Shown in pieces: positions 8,391 to 17,096 of a stretch of DNA of 64,000 nucleotides (its first letter is position 1; each line of letters opens with the position of its first letter). Location: positions 1-64,000 of IMG/VR virus record IMGVR_UViG_3300025467_000009; one strand, written 5' to 3'. This DNA comes from a virus. Below the pieces are notes generated by a model. It saw nothing but the letters and a program-made list of their open reading frames with translations, was not told the origin of the DNA and did no database searches. Made by a program: the position numbers and the translations under genes.

Positions 8391-9719
8391 ATGTCAGTAG
8401 ACAGTGGGATGGGGAATAAATCCGCAGATGATGACCTTGAGTCAATTGAAAACGGAACTCTTCCAGGTACTAGTAATGTTCAAAAGATTATTGGATCTTT
8501 AAAACTTAGACTAGCACAGGACAATCCAACTAATACAGACACTAATATAAATAGAACGGAAAGAGTAGATGTCACTACTCCTCCAAGAGCCCAAACACCT
8601 CTAGAACAACTAGGTTTGGGAGAAGGATTTAGTACGCCCGTGGATTATGAACTACCAAGAAGTTTAGCAAGTGCAGACAACCCTGCAGCAACAACACCAG
8701 CAGTTACTACACCACCTGCACCACAAATGAATGTACAAGGTACACCAGCAAGTGTTGCAATGCCAGAAGGGACACCTATGGATGGTGCAGTTATGAGTTC
8801 ATTCAATGCAATTGCATATGTAATTGAAAATGGTGAGGTCAAGTGTGCATCATGTGAAAACTACTACATTCCTGAAAGTGAAGCACACATTAAGTCTGCT
8901 CACTGTGGTGCTCCTGAATGCCATGATGCAAGAGAAGAAGAAGAAATGAAGAATGCTGATGGTGTTATGGTAGCATCTAAACTTCCTGAAGATGCTGATG
9001 AGGGTGATGTTATTCGTGGTAAAATGATTAAGACCACAGATGAAGAAACTCGTCTTGCATCAACTGATGACTACCTTTCTGCTTTTGAAAAGAGTGCGAG
9101 TGATTCTACTCTTTACTACCGTGGTTACGAAGATGCAAAAGCCGGTAAACCAATGGATGAAGATCTTGCTGAACTTTCAGATGATTATTTTCACGGTTAT
9201 GACCAGTTCAAGCATTACCATGAAGGTCCTCAAAAATCTGCACCACAAAGTCTTTACGACATTAAGCCAAACAGTAATAACAATCCTCGTATGACTCAAG
9301 GTGAAGCTGACCGAGGCCCACTTGAACTAACCGACGGTCACAGTTTTGCAACACATGCCTCTAATGATAGTTTAAAAGAAGCCGGTCCTCTTGATTTTGC
9401 CCATGCCTTAGAACAATCAGAAGAAGTAAAAAAGCAACAAAAGCAAAATATGATTATGAATATGGCTTTAATGTCTCCAATGCATCATGAATTAGAAGAA
9501 GTAAACAATAATACTTGTAAACTTTGTGACCAACTTGGCCACACTAATTATCATGCAATGCATGAATCAATTGTGCCTCAAGGAGAAACTCCAAAACCTA
9601 CATTTAATCCTAAGGGTCCAGGTAACTTTACAGATACACATCAAAATTTGCCTATAGGTGTTCTTTCTTCAAAGTTACCTTTCCCAACCGATGTTATTGA
9701 GAACTTCTTCGAGGATTAA
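8391..9719 (+). CDS. Hypothetical acidic protein, probably head-associated
   Basis: AAGGA RBS; CxxC modules; several [KR]xA motifs. Confidence 0.75.
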   Translation: MSVDSGMGNKSADDDLESIENGTLPGTSNVQKIIGSLKLRLAQDNPTNTDTNINRTERVDVTTPPRAQTPLEQLGLGEGFSTPVDYELPRSLASADNPAATTPAVTTPPAPQMNVQGTPASVAMPEGTPMDGAVMSSFNAIAYVIENGEVKCASCENYYIPESEAHIKSAHCGAPECHDAREEEEMKNADGVMVASKLPEDADEGDVIRGKMIKTTDEETRLASTDDYLSAFEKSASDSTLYYRGYEDAKAGKPMDEDLAELSDDYFHGYDQFKHYHEGPQKSAPQSLYDIKPNSNNNPRMTQGEADRGPLELTDGHSFATHASNDSLKEAGPLDFAHALEQSEEVKKQQKQNMIMNMALMSPMHHELEEVNNNTCKLCDQLGHTNYHAMHESIVPQGETPKPTFNPKGPGNFTDTHQNLPIGVLSSKLPFPTDVIENFFED

Positions 9720-10321
9720 TGAATACTTGCCCACTTTGTGAAGGTACTACTATAACTAGAATTTCTAGTGTTGGTGAAGAAACTTGGTGCACTAGTTGCA
9801 GAAGTATTTTAGCTAGTGCTACACTTGATTTTAAGTTTGCTGGTAGTGAACCTGAAGCTTGTAGTCGTGATGGCCTTCCAGGTTATAAAGGACCAGGTGC
9901 AAGTGCAAAATGCTATACTTATGACCCGGGTGATGAAGTAGCAGAAAAGAAGGCAAAGCAAAGAGCCGGACAATCTGCTTATATGGAACAAAGAAGGATG
10001 CAAAGCTCAAAGATTGTTGAAGCAATACCATTCTTTACAGAAGCACCTAGTAAAATTGTTGAAGGCATAGATTACACAGAAGAAGATGAACCTAAAGTAG
10101 CCTCAGATGTATTACAAAGAATTATTCCTGGTAGCACCGTGCAAACCGAGGATGAAGTTGAGGTAGGTAGTAACATGGACATTGGTTCAGGAATCACACC
10201 AATGTCATCTAAATTTTTTCACCCAACTATGGGCATCCAAAAAGATGAACTAGACCACTTGGGTAGAGCGTATTGTACAAGTTGTGGAGGAGACCATGAA
10301 TTTGGTTCTCCTTGTAATTAA
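9719..10321 (+). CDS. Zinc-ribbon hypothetical protein
   Basis: CPLC...CTSC at the N-terminus and CTSC...H...C at the C-terminus. Confidence 0.75.
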   Translation: MNTCPLCEGTTITRISSVGEETWCTSCRSILASATLDFKFAGSEPEACSRDGLPGYKGPGASAKCYTYDPGDEVAEKKAKQRAGQSAYMEQRRMQSSKIVEAIPFFTEAPSKIVEGIDYTEEDEPKVASDVLQRIIPGSTVQTEDEVEVGSNMDIGSGITPMSSKFFHPTMGIQKDELDHLGRAYCTSCGGDHEFGSPCN

Positions 10322-10348
10322 TCTCAGTAAAGGGACATAGGAAATAAA

Positions 10349-11059
10349 ATGGATTATAACGAAATTATCAGAACAGCAAATGTAACAACTGCTGACTCAC
10401 AGTGGTTTAATGGTACTAACGAAAGTATCTTCAACCGCCTAGACAGATTGCAGAATGTTTTGGATGACATGAGGGTAGCAGCAAGCAACCCAAACGTTCC
10501 AGAACTTGAGCTTACTCGTCTTGCTACTTACATCACTGAACTTGATGAAGAAAAGAGTCAACTTGAAAAGTTGGCAAGTGAATGGGTTGATTACGACCAC
10601 GAAGAGTACCTTCAGAGCCTCCCAGGAGGAACTGTTGCAAGTACATACCGTGTTAATCCAGCTGGAACACTTTCATTGGGTGAAGATGATGGAAGTCTCC
10701 TTTACCGCACCGCTTCTGAAGTTGAGAATGAGTTCAAAGATGCTGATTGGATTAACTTTGTAACTGCAGGTGCTGAAGTTTGGCTTGAAGACCAGAATAA
10801 CGCATTGCTACAAGACCAGATTAGTACTCGTGAGGCTGCTGCTTTCTACGTTGAGAGGAAGACACTTCCAATTCTTGACATGGAAAAGCGTGCAACTATC
10901 ATTGACAATTTTATTTCTAATGTAGAAATTTGCCGCCGTGCAAAGAAGGAAAACTTAGACACAAAGAAGGCAACAACAGAGAAGAAACTCCGTGTTGCTA
11001 GCAAGTTGACTGAGCACTCAATTGATGACTCATTCGGGAATACAGTTAACTGGTTCTAG
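10349..11059 (+). CDS. Hypothetical protein, probably head-associated
   Basis: AGGA RBS; coiled-coil; RTAN/KLAS/RTAS/RVAS motifs. Confidence 0.75.
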   Translation: MDYNEIIRTANVTTADSQWFNGTNESIFNRLDRLQNVLDDMRVAASNPNVPELELTRLATYITELDEEKSQLEKLASEWVDYDHEEYLQSLPGGTVASTYRVNPAGTLSLGEDDGSLLYRTASEVENEFKDADWINFVTAGAEVWLEDQNNALLQDQISTREAAAFYVERKTLPILDMEKRATIIDNFISNVEICRRAKKENLDTKKATTEKKLRVASKLTEHSIDDSFGNTVNWF

Positions 11060-11060
11060 T

Positions 11061-11576
11061 ATGTCTGATTGGAATGGATTTCGTATCCTTGCTGAACAGG
11101 AACCTGAAAAAGAACCTGTAAAAACAGAATCAAAAAATGAACTTATTGAGTCTCTAAAGAAAACTTTGGCTGAAGCCTATGTCCTTTACCACACCATCCA
11201 CGGTTTTCACTGGAATCTTAAAGGTTCAGATTTTTATGAGTATCACAAGTTCTTCGATGAAATAGTAGATGATATTTACGAACACATTGACCCAATCGCA
11301 GAAAATATAGTAAAACTAGGTGGTGTCGCTCCATTTATGATGAGTGAACTTGCTAGTAGTTCATCAATTGAACAAGTAGGATTAATAAGTGAAGATCCGA
11401 TTGAGCTTTCTAAAAAGTTTTTAGAAATGAACACTCAATACATTGACAATATTAAAAAAGCGTTTATAATTGCCAATAACAGTAATGAGCAAGGCGTTGC
11501 CAATTTTATTGCTGAACGGATTGACCAACACCAAAAATGGAATTGGTTCTTAAAGGCTTCACTTGGAGAAAAGTAA
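11061..11576 (+). CDS. dps: Dps family (ferritin-like) DNA starvation/stationary-phase protection protein
   Basis: HGFHWNLKGSDFYEYHKFFDE...IDPIAE...LGG and HQKWNWFL ferroxidase motifs. Likely start MSDWNGFRILA at 11061. Confidence 0.9.
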   Translation: MSDWNGFRILAEQEPEKEPVKTESKNELIESLKKTLAEAYVLYHTIHGFHWNLKGSDFYEYHKFFDEIVDDIYEHIDPIAENIVKLGGVAPFMMSELASSSSIEQVGLISEDPIELSKKFLEMNTQYIDNIKKAFIIANNSNEQGVANFIAERIDQHQKWNWFLKASLGEK

Positions 11577-11807
11577 ATGGACCCTACTGCAGAGAACATC
11601 AGTCGGGTTGTTGCCATCTTAACTGCAATTCTTAGTGGACAAGAAGATACAGCATATGCAATGGTATTAGAAAGTAATCCAGTAGAACTTTTCAGTGCAT
11701 TAACTGGAGTTTTACTTTCTACACTACATACTATTGCACAAATAAATGGCCAGGAAGTGGAAGACTACTTACAACACCTAGGTATGTCGGCCTTTAATAA
11801 CGAATAA
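11577..11807 (+). CDS. Small hypothetical protein
   Basis: GGAG RBS; 76 aa. Confidence 0.65.
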   Translation: MDPTAENISRVVAILTAILSGQEDTAYAMVLESNPVELFSALTGVLLSTLHTIAQINGQEVEDYLQHLGMSAFNNE

Positions 11808-11814
11808 TATATAT

Positions 11815-12102
11815 ATGACACAAGAATTACCAGAAGGGGTTTCCATCAATCGTAATTATGATGGTGACCTTGAAGTAGAGTTACCATTTGAAACTATTGA
11901 AATATGGCTCTGTGAAAAATGTGAACTATCCTTTGAATCTTTGCTAATAGGTAATGAAGGAAGGTACACAGGTCAAGTAATGACCTCTGGAAATAATGCT
12001 GTCACTTGGCAAGGCCCTCTTCCTAAGTTTAAAGAAAAAGCAATAAAATTTCTTAAAGAAAATCTTGACAAGAAAGTTGAAAGACACCTAGAAAGGCACT
12101 AA
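11815..12102 (+). CDS. Small hypothetical protein
   Basis: 95 aa ORF in the operon. Confidence 0.65.
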   Translation: MTQELPEGVSINRNYDGDLEVELPFETIEIWLCEKCELSFESLLIGNEGRYTGQVMTSGNNAVTWQGPLPKFKEKAIKFLKENLDKKVERHLERH

Positions 12103-12103
12103 T

Positions 12104-12265
12104 ATGATTAGGTATTCTCAAGCACCAAAGAATTTAAAAAATGCAGTCGCAGATAATTATATTGAAGAGATGCAACAGGAAAAAAAGAAAACATCTGACT
12201 CTGAAAATAATGTAGAGGTACCAGATACCAGTACGGGTGATGATGATGGGTCAGACAATAACTAA
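12104..12265 (+). CDS. Small acidic hypothetical protein (53 aa)
   Basis: MIRYSQAPKNLK...DDDGSDNN* fills the gap; AAGG upstream. Confidence 0.5.
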   Translation: MIRYSQAPKNLKNAVADNYIEEMQQEKKKTSDSENNVEVPDTSTGDDDGSDNN

Positions 12266-12276
12266 CAGGGGCTGAA

Positions 12277-13131
12277 GTGACCGAACTAATTTCAGATGTA
12301 CTAGACTTACCTGTAACACACATTATGATTCCAGACACTCAAGCAAAACTTGATGTGCCTACAGACCACTTGAGTTGGATTGGTCAATTTATTGTTGATG
12401 AATATCACAATAAAAATATTAAAATTATCCACATTGGAGACCATGCTGACATGCCTTCTTTGTCTATGTATGACAAAGGCATGAAAAAGATGGAAGGTCG
12501 CCGTTATCAAGATGACCTAGATGCTGCTAATGAAGCATGGAGAATTTTAAACCAACCACTCTATGACTACAATACTGGTCGTAGAAAGAATAAAGCAAAG
12601 ATTTGGAATCCTGAGAGATATGTTACTCTAGGAAACCATGAAGATAGAATTAACAGGACAGTTAATGCTAATCCTCAACTTGAAGGCATGCTAAGCCTTG
12701 AAAAACTTGACTATGAAAGAAGTGGTTGGAAGGTTAGTCCTTACACTCAACCTATTTGCCTAGATGGAGTTTACTACTCACACTTTTTCTACAATCCAAT
12801 GACCGGTAAACCTTATGGTGGACAAAATATTGAAACCCGTCTTAAGACAATTGGTCACTCTTTTTCAATGGGTCACCAGCAGACACTTATGTACGGACTT
12901 AGGTTTGTTGCAGGTAAGAGTCAACATGGTCTTGTAGCCGGTGCATGTTACCTTCACGATGAAGATTATAAAGGACCCCAAGGAAATGCCCACTGGCGTG
13001 GCATTGTTGTCAAGCATCAGGTTAAAGACGGTTCTTATGACCCAATGTTTGTAAGCCTAGACTATCTTTGTCGTAGATACGAAGGTTCTAGTCTAGAACA
13101 CTTCATGAAACTTAAATATCCAAACCTGTAA
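12277..13131 (+). CDS. Calcineurin-like metallophosphoesterase
   Basis: IPDTQ, IGDHAD, GNHE, SH and GHQQ motifs. Confidence 0.85.
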   Translation: MTELISDVLDLPVTHIMIPDTQAKLDVPTDHLSWIGQFIVDEYHNKNIKIIHIGDHADMPSLSMYDKGMKKMEGRRYQDDLDAANEAWRILNQPLYDYNTGRRKNKAKIWNPERYVTLGNHEDRINRTVNANPQLEGMLSLEKLDYERSGWKVSPYTQPICLDGVYYSHFFYNPMTGKPYGGQNIETRLKTIGHSFSMGHQQTLMYGLRFVAGKSQHGLVAGACYLHDEDYKGPQGNAHWRGIVVKHQVKDGSYDPMFVSLDYLCRRYEGSSLEHFMKLKYPNL

Positions 13132-13154
13132 AACTCAGTAGTACTCATATTAGT
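13127..13154 (+). promoter_or_regulatory. Phage promoter motif TGTAAA-N18-TAGT
   Basis: Exact consensus; overlaps an imperfect inverted repeat TCAGTAGTA/TAGTACTGA. Confidence 0.65.
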
Positions 13155-13170
13155 ACTGAACTGGAGAATT

Positions 13171-14229
13171 ATGGGTACACGAAGAACTTTTAAGTGCAAA
13201 TTTAGTGACAGAGTAACCAGTGATAATCGTGACGGGGTTGTTCAAAGTCTAATAAACCAATTTCAAGGTTTAGGTGCAGAACCAGAAGTTACTCTTGACG
13301 GTGATACTTTCTCAATTACACTTACTATAAGTGATAATCTTACTCCAACTTTAGTTAGAGACAAACTAGCTTTAAATTATTTTATTGACCGAGTAACTAC
13401 CGGTGATAGTATCAGAAAAATTCAAATTATGAGATTGCCAAAAGCAACTACTGAAGTATTAGGTGACGGTAAAGGTCAACTTGATGGTATTGCCCGTGAT
13501 ACTGGTGTTAATGAAATACTTACTGAAAACACTAAAGATGGTGAAGAAGTTGTACCAAGAGAAAAATATACTATTGGGCCTAATCCTCCAGGTATCCCTG
13601 AAAAGAAGAGAAAGACTGTAAGTGTTTTTGGTCTGGGTATGAGTAGGGGTGGAAGTTCTTGGGTTAAACAAGCAGATCCAGGCTCACTTCGAAATGAAGG
13701 ACAAGCTTTTACTAGCTTGGATGATGACATTATGGGACCAGAAGATTTAGATTCAATGGCAACTAATGTTACAAAACTTCCAAAAGTTTTTGCTACTGAA
13801 CAAGATGCTGGTGGTGGTGGTCAATTTGCTCAACCATTTGACAAAAAGACTGTTATGGACAGTGTCAATAGAGCACCTCAAGAAAGTCGTACACCAAGAG
13901 TAACTGTATTTAATTCAGGAAGTTCTCCAGCAAGAGCAGATGGTGGTCCAATACCATTTAACAGTTGGTTTTCAGAAGTTGGTTCAGAATCAACAATGCC
14001 TGCAGAAGAAAATGCTAAAGGACCTTTGGACTTTTCAATAGCAGCAAGTCTTAAAGGTGAAAAAACTGAATCTGAAAATGTAGAAAGTACAATTGAATTA
14101 CCTGAAGCAACTCAAGGTGGAACTGTTCTTGGTCTAGAGGGCTGGTTTTCAGCAAGTTTGCATTTTGGTTATGATAATGAAGCCGGTCACAATGACGATG
14201 ATGATGATGACGATGATGAGGATGATTAG
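13171..14229 (+). CDS. Hypothetical protein with poly-Asp tail
   Basis: GGAG RBS; 352 aa. Confidence 0.75.
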   Translation: MGTRRTFKCKFSDRVTSDNRDGVVQSLINQFQGLGAEPEVTLDGDTFSITLTISDNLTPTLVRDKLALNYFIDRVTTGDSIRKIQIMRLPKATTEVLGDGKGQLDGIARDTGVNEILTENTKDGEEVVPREKYTIGPNPPGIPEKKRKTVSVFGLGMSRGGSSWVKQADPGSLRNEGQAFTSLDDDIMGPEDLDSMATNVTKLPKVFATEQDAGGGGQFAQPFDKKTVMDSVNRAPQESRTPRVTVFNSGSSPARADGGPIPFNSWFSEVGSESTMPAEENAKGPLDFSIAASLKGEKTESENVESTIELPEATQGGTVLGLEGWFSASLHFGYDNEAGHNDDDDDDDDEDD

Positions 14230-14768
14230 TGAGCTATAAAGTTTATAGTGTAGGCCAACAACCACCAAAGTTTACACCAGGTGATTTTATATTAGTTTCA
14301 ACAACCGGAATACTTGCAAAGTGTATTAGAGCAGGACAATTTTTTAGATATCATGGGAAAATGAGAAACTATTCTCACTGGAACCATGCTGCTATGATTG
14401 TTGATACTGATGGTACAGTTGTTGAAGCCGCTGGTCGTGGTGTTCGTTACTCAAACATTAATGAATACAAAGAATCTGAATATTATCTTGTAAGCACCAA
14501 ACTTAATAAACAAAGTCGTGACCAAACAGTTGCAGCAGCCAGAAGTTTTGTAAAAGATAAGTATGGTTGGTTTACTATCCTTAGTATTATTTTGCAACTT
14601 ATTACAGGTATTGAGTTTCAATTCTCATTTGGCAATAGTGTAATCTGTTCTGGTGTAGTTGCTCAAAGTTTATGGGCAGGTGGTGTTATTTTTGATAGTA
14701 ACCCTTATCAAATAATGCCTGCTGACCTTGCAAGTGCATATGATGTTGATTGCACAAGTATAAACTAA
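14229..14768 (+). CDS. Permuted papain-like amidase (YiiX/YebB-type NlpC/P60)
   Basis: PGDFILV...NHAAM...VEA...YGW...CSGVVA, with His before Cys. Confidence 0.8.
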   Translation: MSYKVYSVGQQPPKFTPGDFILVSTTGILAKCIRAGQFFRYHGKMRNYSHWNHAAMIVDTDGTVVEAAGRGVRYSNINEYKESEYYLVSTKLNKQSRDQTVAAARSFVKDKYGWFTILSIILQLITGIEFQFSFGNSVICSGVVAQSLWAGGVIFDSNPYQIMPADLASAYDVDCTSIN

Positions 14769-14770
14769 TC

Positions 14771-14799
14771 TTGTTTTTTAGAAAATAAGCATATATAGT
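14771..14799 (+). promoter_or_regulatory. Sigma70-like promoter
   Basis: TTGTTT-N17-TATAGT upstream of ATG 14807. Confidence 0.35.
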
Positions 14800-14806
14800 A
14801 AGTATC

Positions 14807-15076
14807 ATGAAAGTTACAATTACAATTAATTACACATCCCGAAATTCACTTGATGAAAACTTGGTAGAGTCAGAAATCAAAGAGACAATTGAAGGACTAA
14901 TGATGAGCCTTAGAAACCAAGTAATGAACATTACTCATAGTGTTAAATTTGGTGAAGATATCATTGCAACTGAACCAACACCAATTATTGAAACTGTTGT
15001 TGAAGAAGTTATAGAAAAACCACTTGTTAAAAATCCCCCTACAAAAAGTATTAACAATAAAAAGAAAGAAGAATAA
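14807..15076 (+). CDS. Hypothetical protein
   Basis: 89 aa ORF. Confidence 0.65.
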   Translation: MKVTITINYTSRNSLDENLVESEIKETIEGLMMSLRNQVMNITHSVKFGEDIIATEPTPIIETVVEEVIEKPLVKNPPTKSINNKKKEE

Positions 15077-15078
15077 AA

Positions 15079-15369
15079 ATGTCAACTCCACTTAATACAA
15101 CTACCACAAGAGCAACAGGTCGTGCATTTGTTGCTGCAATCATTGGATCTATCCTTGCTTGGGTTGCAACAAAAGTTGGAAAGTTTAATACTGGAACCTT
15201 TGCTACATTGACACCAGTAATCTCTGGTTTGTACTACACAGTAGTCAATGCTTTGGAAAAGAAGTACCCAAAGTTTGGTTGGTTGCTTGGTACACTACCA
15301 CAGCCTAAAGCAAAGCCTGTTGTAACACCACCAGCACCTGCTAAAGCAAAGTCTGCACCGAAGGCATAG
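15079..15369 (+). CDS. Small membrane protein, holin-like
   Basis: Two hydrophobic segments, LEKKYPKFGWLLG, basic Pro/Ala tail. Confidence 0.6.
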   Translation: MSTPLNTTTTRATGRAFVAAIIGSILAWVATKVGKFNTGTFATLTPVISGLYYTVVNALEKKYPKFGWLLGTLPQPKAKPVVTPPAPAKAKSAPKA

Positions 15370-15377
15370 TCCTTCGA

Positions 15378-15451
15378 GGCCTTGTAGCTCAGTTGGTTAG
15401 AGCACTGCCCTGTCACGGCAGTTGTCGTGGGTTCAAGTCCCATCAAGGTCG
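15378..15451 (+). tRNA. tRNA-Asp(GTC)
   Basis: Cloverleaf: acceptor GGCCTTG/CAAGGTC, anticodon arm CTGCC-CTGTCAC-GGCAG, TTCAAGT T-loop; no encoded CCA. Confidence 0.95.
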
Positions 15452-15453
15452 CT

Positions 15454-15741
15454 ATGTTTAATTTTAACTTTAATAGTTTAGACATTACCACAATGCTAGC
15501 GGGAATTGCCGGTATTGGTAATATAATTACAACTATTAACAATCTTAAGCAAGACAAGTATCAATTAGAAAACTTTCTTTATTCTCTAAAGAACTATAAA
15601 AATGAAATTGAAAAATATTTTAAGGATGTTGAGACAGTAGTTAAAGATCCAGATATTATTAAAACTGATATACTAAATAAATTTACTAAAGTTGAAGATG
15701 ATTACAAGAATGTAATATCTAAATTAAGAAGGAAGAAATAA
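15454..15741 (+). CDS. Hypothetical coiled-coil protein with hydrophobic N-terminus
   Basis: ATG 15454 just after the tRNA; the track start at 15427 lies inside the tRNA. Confidence 0.6.
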   Translation: MFNFNFNSLDITTMLAGIAGIGNIITTINNLKQDKYQLENFLYSLKNYKNEIEKYFKDVETVVKDPDIIKTDILNKFTKVEDDYKNVISKLRRKK

Positions 15742-15743
15742 AG

Positions 15744-16322
15744 GTGGACTTAATTCAGTTACTAGAAGAAAATAGATACCTTACTTGGGCGGCAGAACCC
15801 GGTGTAGGAACTGACAAAGGTGGTTACGAAGGTGAACATGACTTTGTTAAAGGATTCTATAATGAAGAGTTTAAAAAATACCAAGACAAAGAAATTAAGT
15901 TACTAGAAATTGGTATCTATGGTGGAGCATCTCTTTCACTATGGAGTAAGTATTTTACTAAGGGTCAGATTACAGGCCTAGACATTGTTGATAACATTAA
16001 TCACAAGTATCGTGGCTTAGATAGAGTAAGGATTGGTATCTGTGATGCTTACAACCCAGATGCTGTAAACCAAATGGGTGAGTATGACATTATTATTGAT
16101 GATGGTCCTCACACTATTGAAACTTTAAAAAAGTGCATTGAATATTACTTGCCTAAACTAAAAGAAGGTGGAGTAATGGTACTAGAAGACGTCCAAGACA
16201 CTAGTTGGTTCCCAATATTGCTAGATGCAACTCCTGATGAGTATAAAGATAAGACAGAGTGTATTGACCTAAGAGAAAATCTTGGTCGATATGATGACTT
16301 ATTGTTTGTAATCAGAAAATAG
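15744..16322 (+). CDS. Class I SAM-dependent (O-)methyltransferase
   Basis: LLEIGIYGGAS, GLDI, DIIIDDGPH, GGVMVLED motifs. Confidence 0.85.
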   Translation: MDLIQLLEENRYLTWAAEPGVGTDKGGYEGEHDFVKGFYNEEFKKYQDKEIKLLEIGIYGGASLSLWSKYFTKGQITGLDIVDNINHKYRGLDRVRIGICDAYNPDAVNQMGEYDIIIDDGPHTIETLKKCIEYYLPKLKEGGVMVLEDVQDTSWFPILLDATPDEYKDKTECIDLRENLGRYDDLLFVIRK

Positions 16323-16328
16323 TTTTAT

Positions 16329-16360
16329 TCCCTGGTAGCTCAATTGGCAGAGCAGCTGAC
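16329..16360 (+). pseudogene. 5' half of an interrupted tRNA (probably originally tRNA-Asn)
   Basis: TCCCTGG-TA-GCTC-AATTGGCA-GAGC-A-GCTGA-C; stops at position 32 of the anticodon loop. Confidence 0.85.
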
Positions 16361-16362
16361 AA

Positions 16363-16390
16363 TGTAACTCAAAGTCAAAGCTACTATAGT
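16363..16390 (+). promoter_or_regulatory. Phage promoter motif TGTAAC-N18-TAGT at the left edge of the insert
   Basis: Same spacing as the other copies; starts 2 nt inside the junction. Confidence 0.6.
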
Positions 16391-16409
16391 GGTATCTACT
16401 ATTTAAGGT

Positions 16410-16901
16410 TTGAGTATGAGATCTACATTATGGGTTTGTGAACTAGAGGGCTGCAATAATACTTTTTTAAGGTACCCTTACCAAATTAGGCAGGGGTCCA
16501 AAAGATACTGTTGTCAAAGCCATTCTACTCTAGGAGTAAAAAGGAATCCAAGTACTCCTAAGATTTATAATTGTAAATGGTGTAACTCTGAAACTAGAAA
16601 TTACTCACTTTCTTGTAATGAGTGCAAAAGGATAGTTGATAGACTAAGACAAAATAATATAAACTATGAATCTCCAGAAATTTATTATAAACTATTAAAA
16701 ATTCAAGATAAAAAGTGTTCTATCTGTAAATCAGAAATAGGTTCTACAGTACATAAAAATTTAAGTATTGACCACGACCATAAAACAGGAAAAATTAGAG
16801 GTTTACTTTGTACTAGTTGTAATAGACAGTTAGGGTGGTACGAAAATAAAAAAGAATTTGTAGAAAAGTATTTACAGAATAATCCTTCCGCTCTAGCATA
16901 A
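16410..16901 (+). CDS. Endonuclease VII-type HNH (putative homing) endonuclease
   Basis: CSIC...LSIDHDHKTGKIRGLLCTSCNRQLG; N-terminal Cys-rich zinc modules. Confidence 0.9.
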   Translation: MSMRSTLWVCELEGCNNTFLRYPYQIRQGSKRYCCQSHSTLGVKRNPSTPKIYNCKWCNSETRNYSLSCNECKRIVDRLRQNNINYESPEIYYKLLKIQDKKCSICKSEIGSTVHKNLSIDHDHKTGKIRGLLCTSCNRQLGWYENKKEFVEKYLQNNPSALA

Positions 16902-16958
16902 TGGCAATGCAACAAGCTGTTAACTTGTCAGATCTGGGTTCGAGTCCCGGGGGCGGAG
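16887..16958 (+). tRNA. tRNA-Asn(GTT), nested in the insert
   Basis: Acceptor TCCGCTC/GGGCGGA, anticodon arm ACAAG-CTGTTAA-CTTGT, TTCGAGT T-loop, G73. Confidence 0.92.
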
Positions 16959-16980
16959 CAATTTCCTCATATGGTAATTC

Positions 16981-17024
16981 GTTTAATCAGCGGGTTCCTG
17001 GTTCGAGTCCAGGCTGGGGAGCCA
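16981..17024 (+). pseudogene. 3' half of the interrupted tRNA
   Basis: (G)TTTAA-TCAGC-GGGTT-CCTGG-TTCGAGT-CCAGG-CTGGGGA-G-CCA; pairs with the 16329-16360 half. Confidence 0.85.
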
Positions 17025-17025
17025 C

Positions 17026-17096
17026 TCCGAGGTGGTGTAATGGCAGCACAGGAGACTTTGAATCTCTTAGTCTTGGTTCGAGTCCAGGCTTCGGAA
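17026..17096 (+). tRNA. tRNA-Gln(TTG)
   Basis: Acceptor TCCGAGG/CTTCGGA, anticodon arm GGAGA-CTTTGAA-TCTCT, TTCGAGT T-loop. Confidence 0.92.

Larger units (their letters stand above)
16361..16980 (+). mobile_element. 620 nt insertion in a tRNA anticodon loop: promoter, endonuclease VII gene and intact tRNA-Asn
   Basis: Flanked by complementary tRNA halves (GCTGA/TCAGC; TCCCTGG/CTGGGGA). Confidence 0.75.

Noticed and set aside
14190-14229. GAT/GAC trinucleotide run, and similar GGT runs in fibre genes
   Set aside because: They simply encode poly-Asp or poly-Gly; there is no sign of a contingency locus.
16361-16980. Group I/II self-splicing intron in the tRNA
   Set aside because: The insert is almost fully occupied by promoter, ORF and tRNA. 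The 5' exon does not end in U, no catalytic core is visible, and rejoining does not restore a canonical loop.
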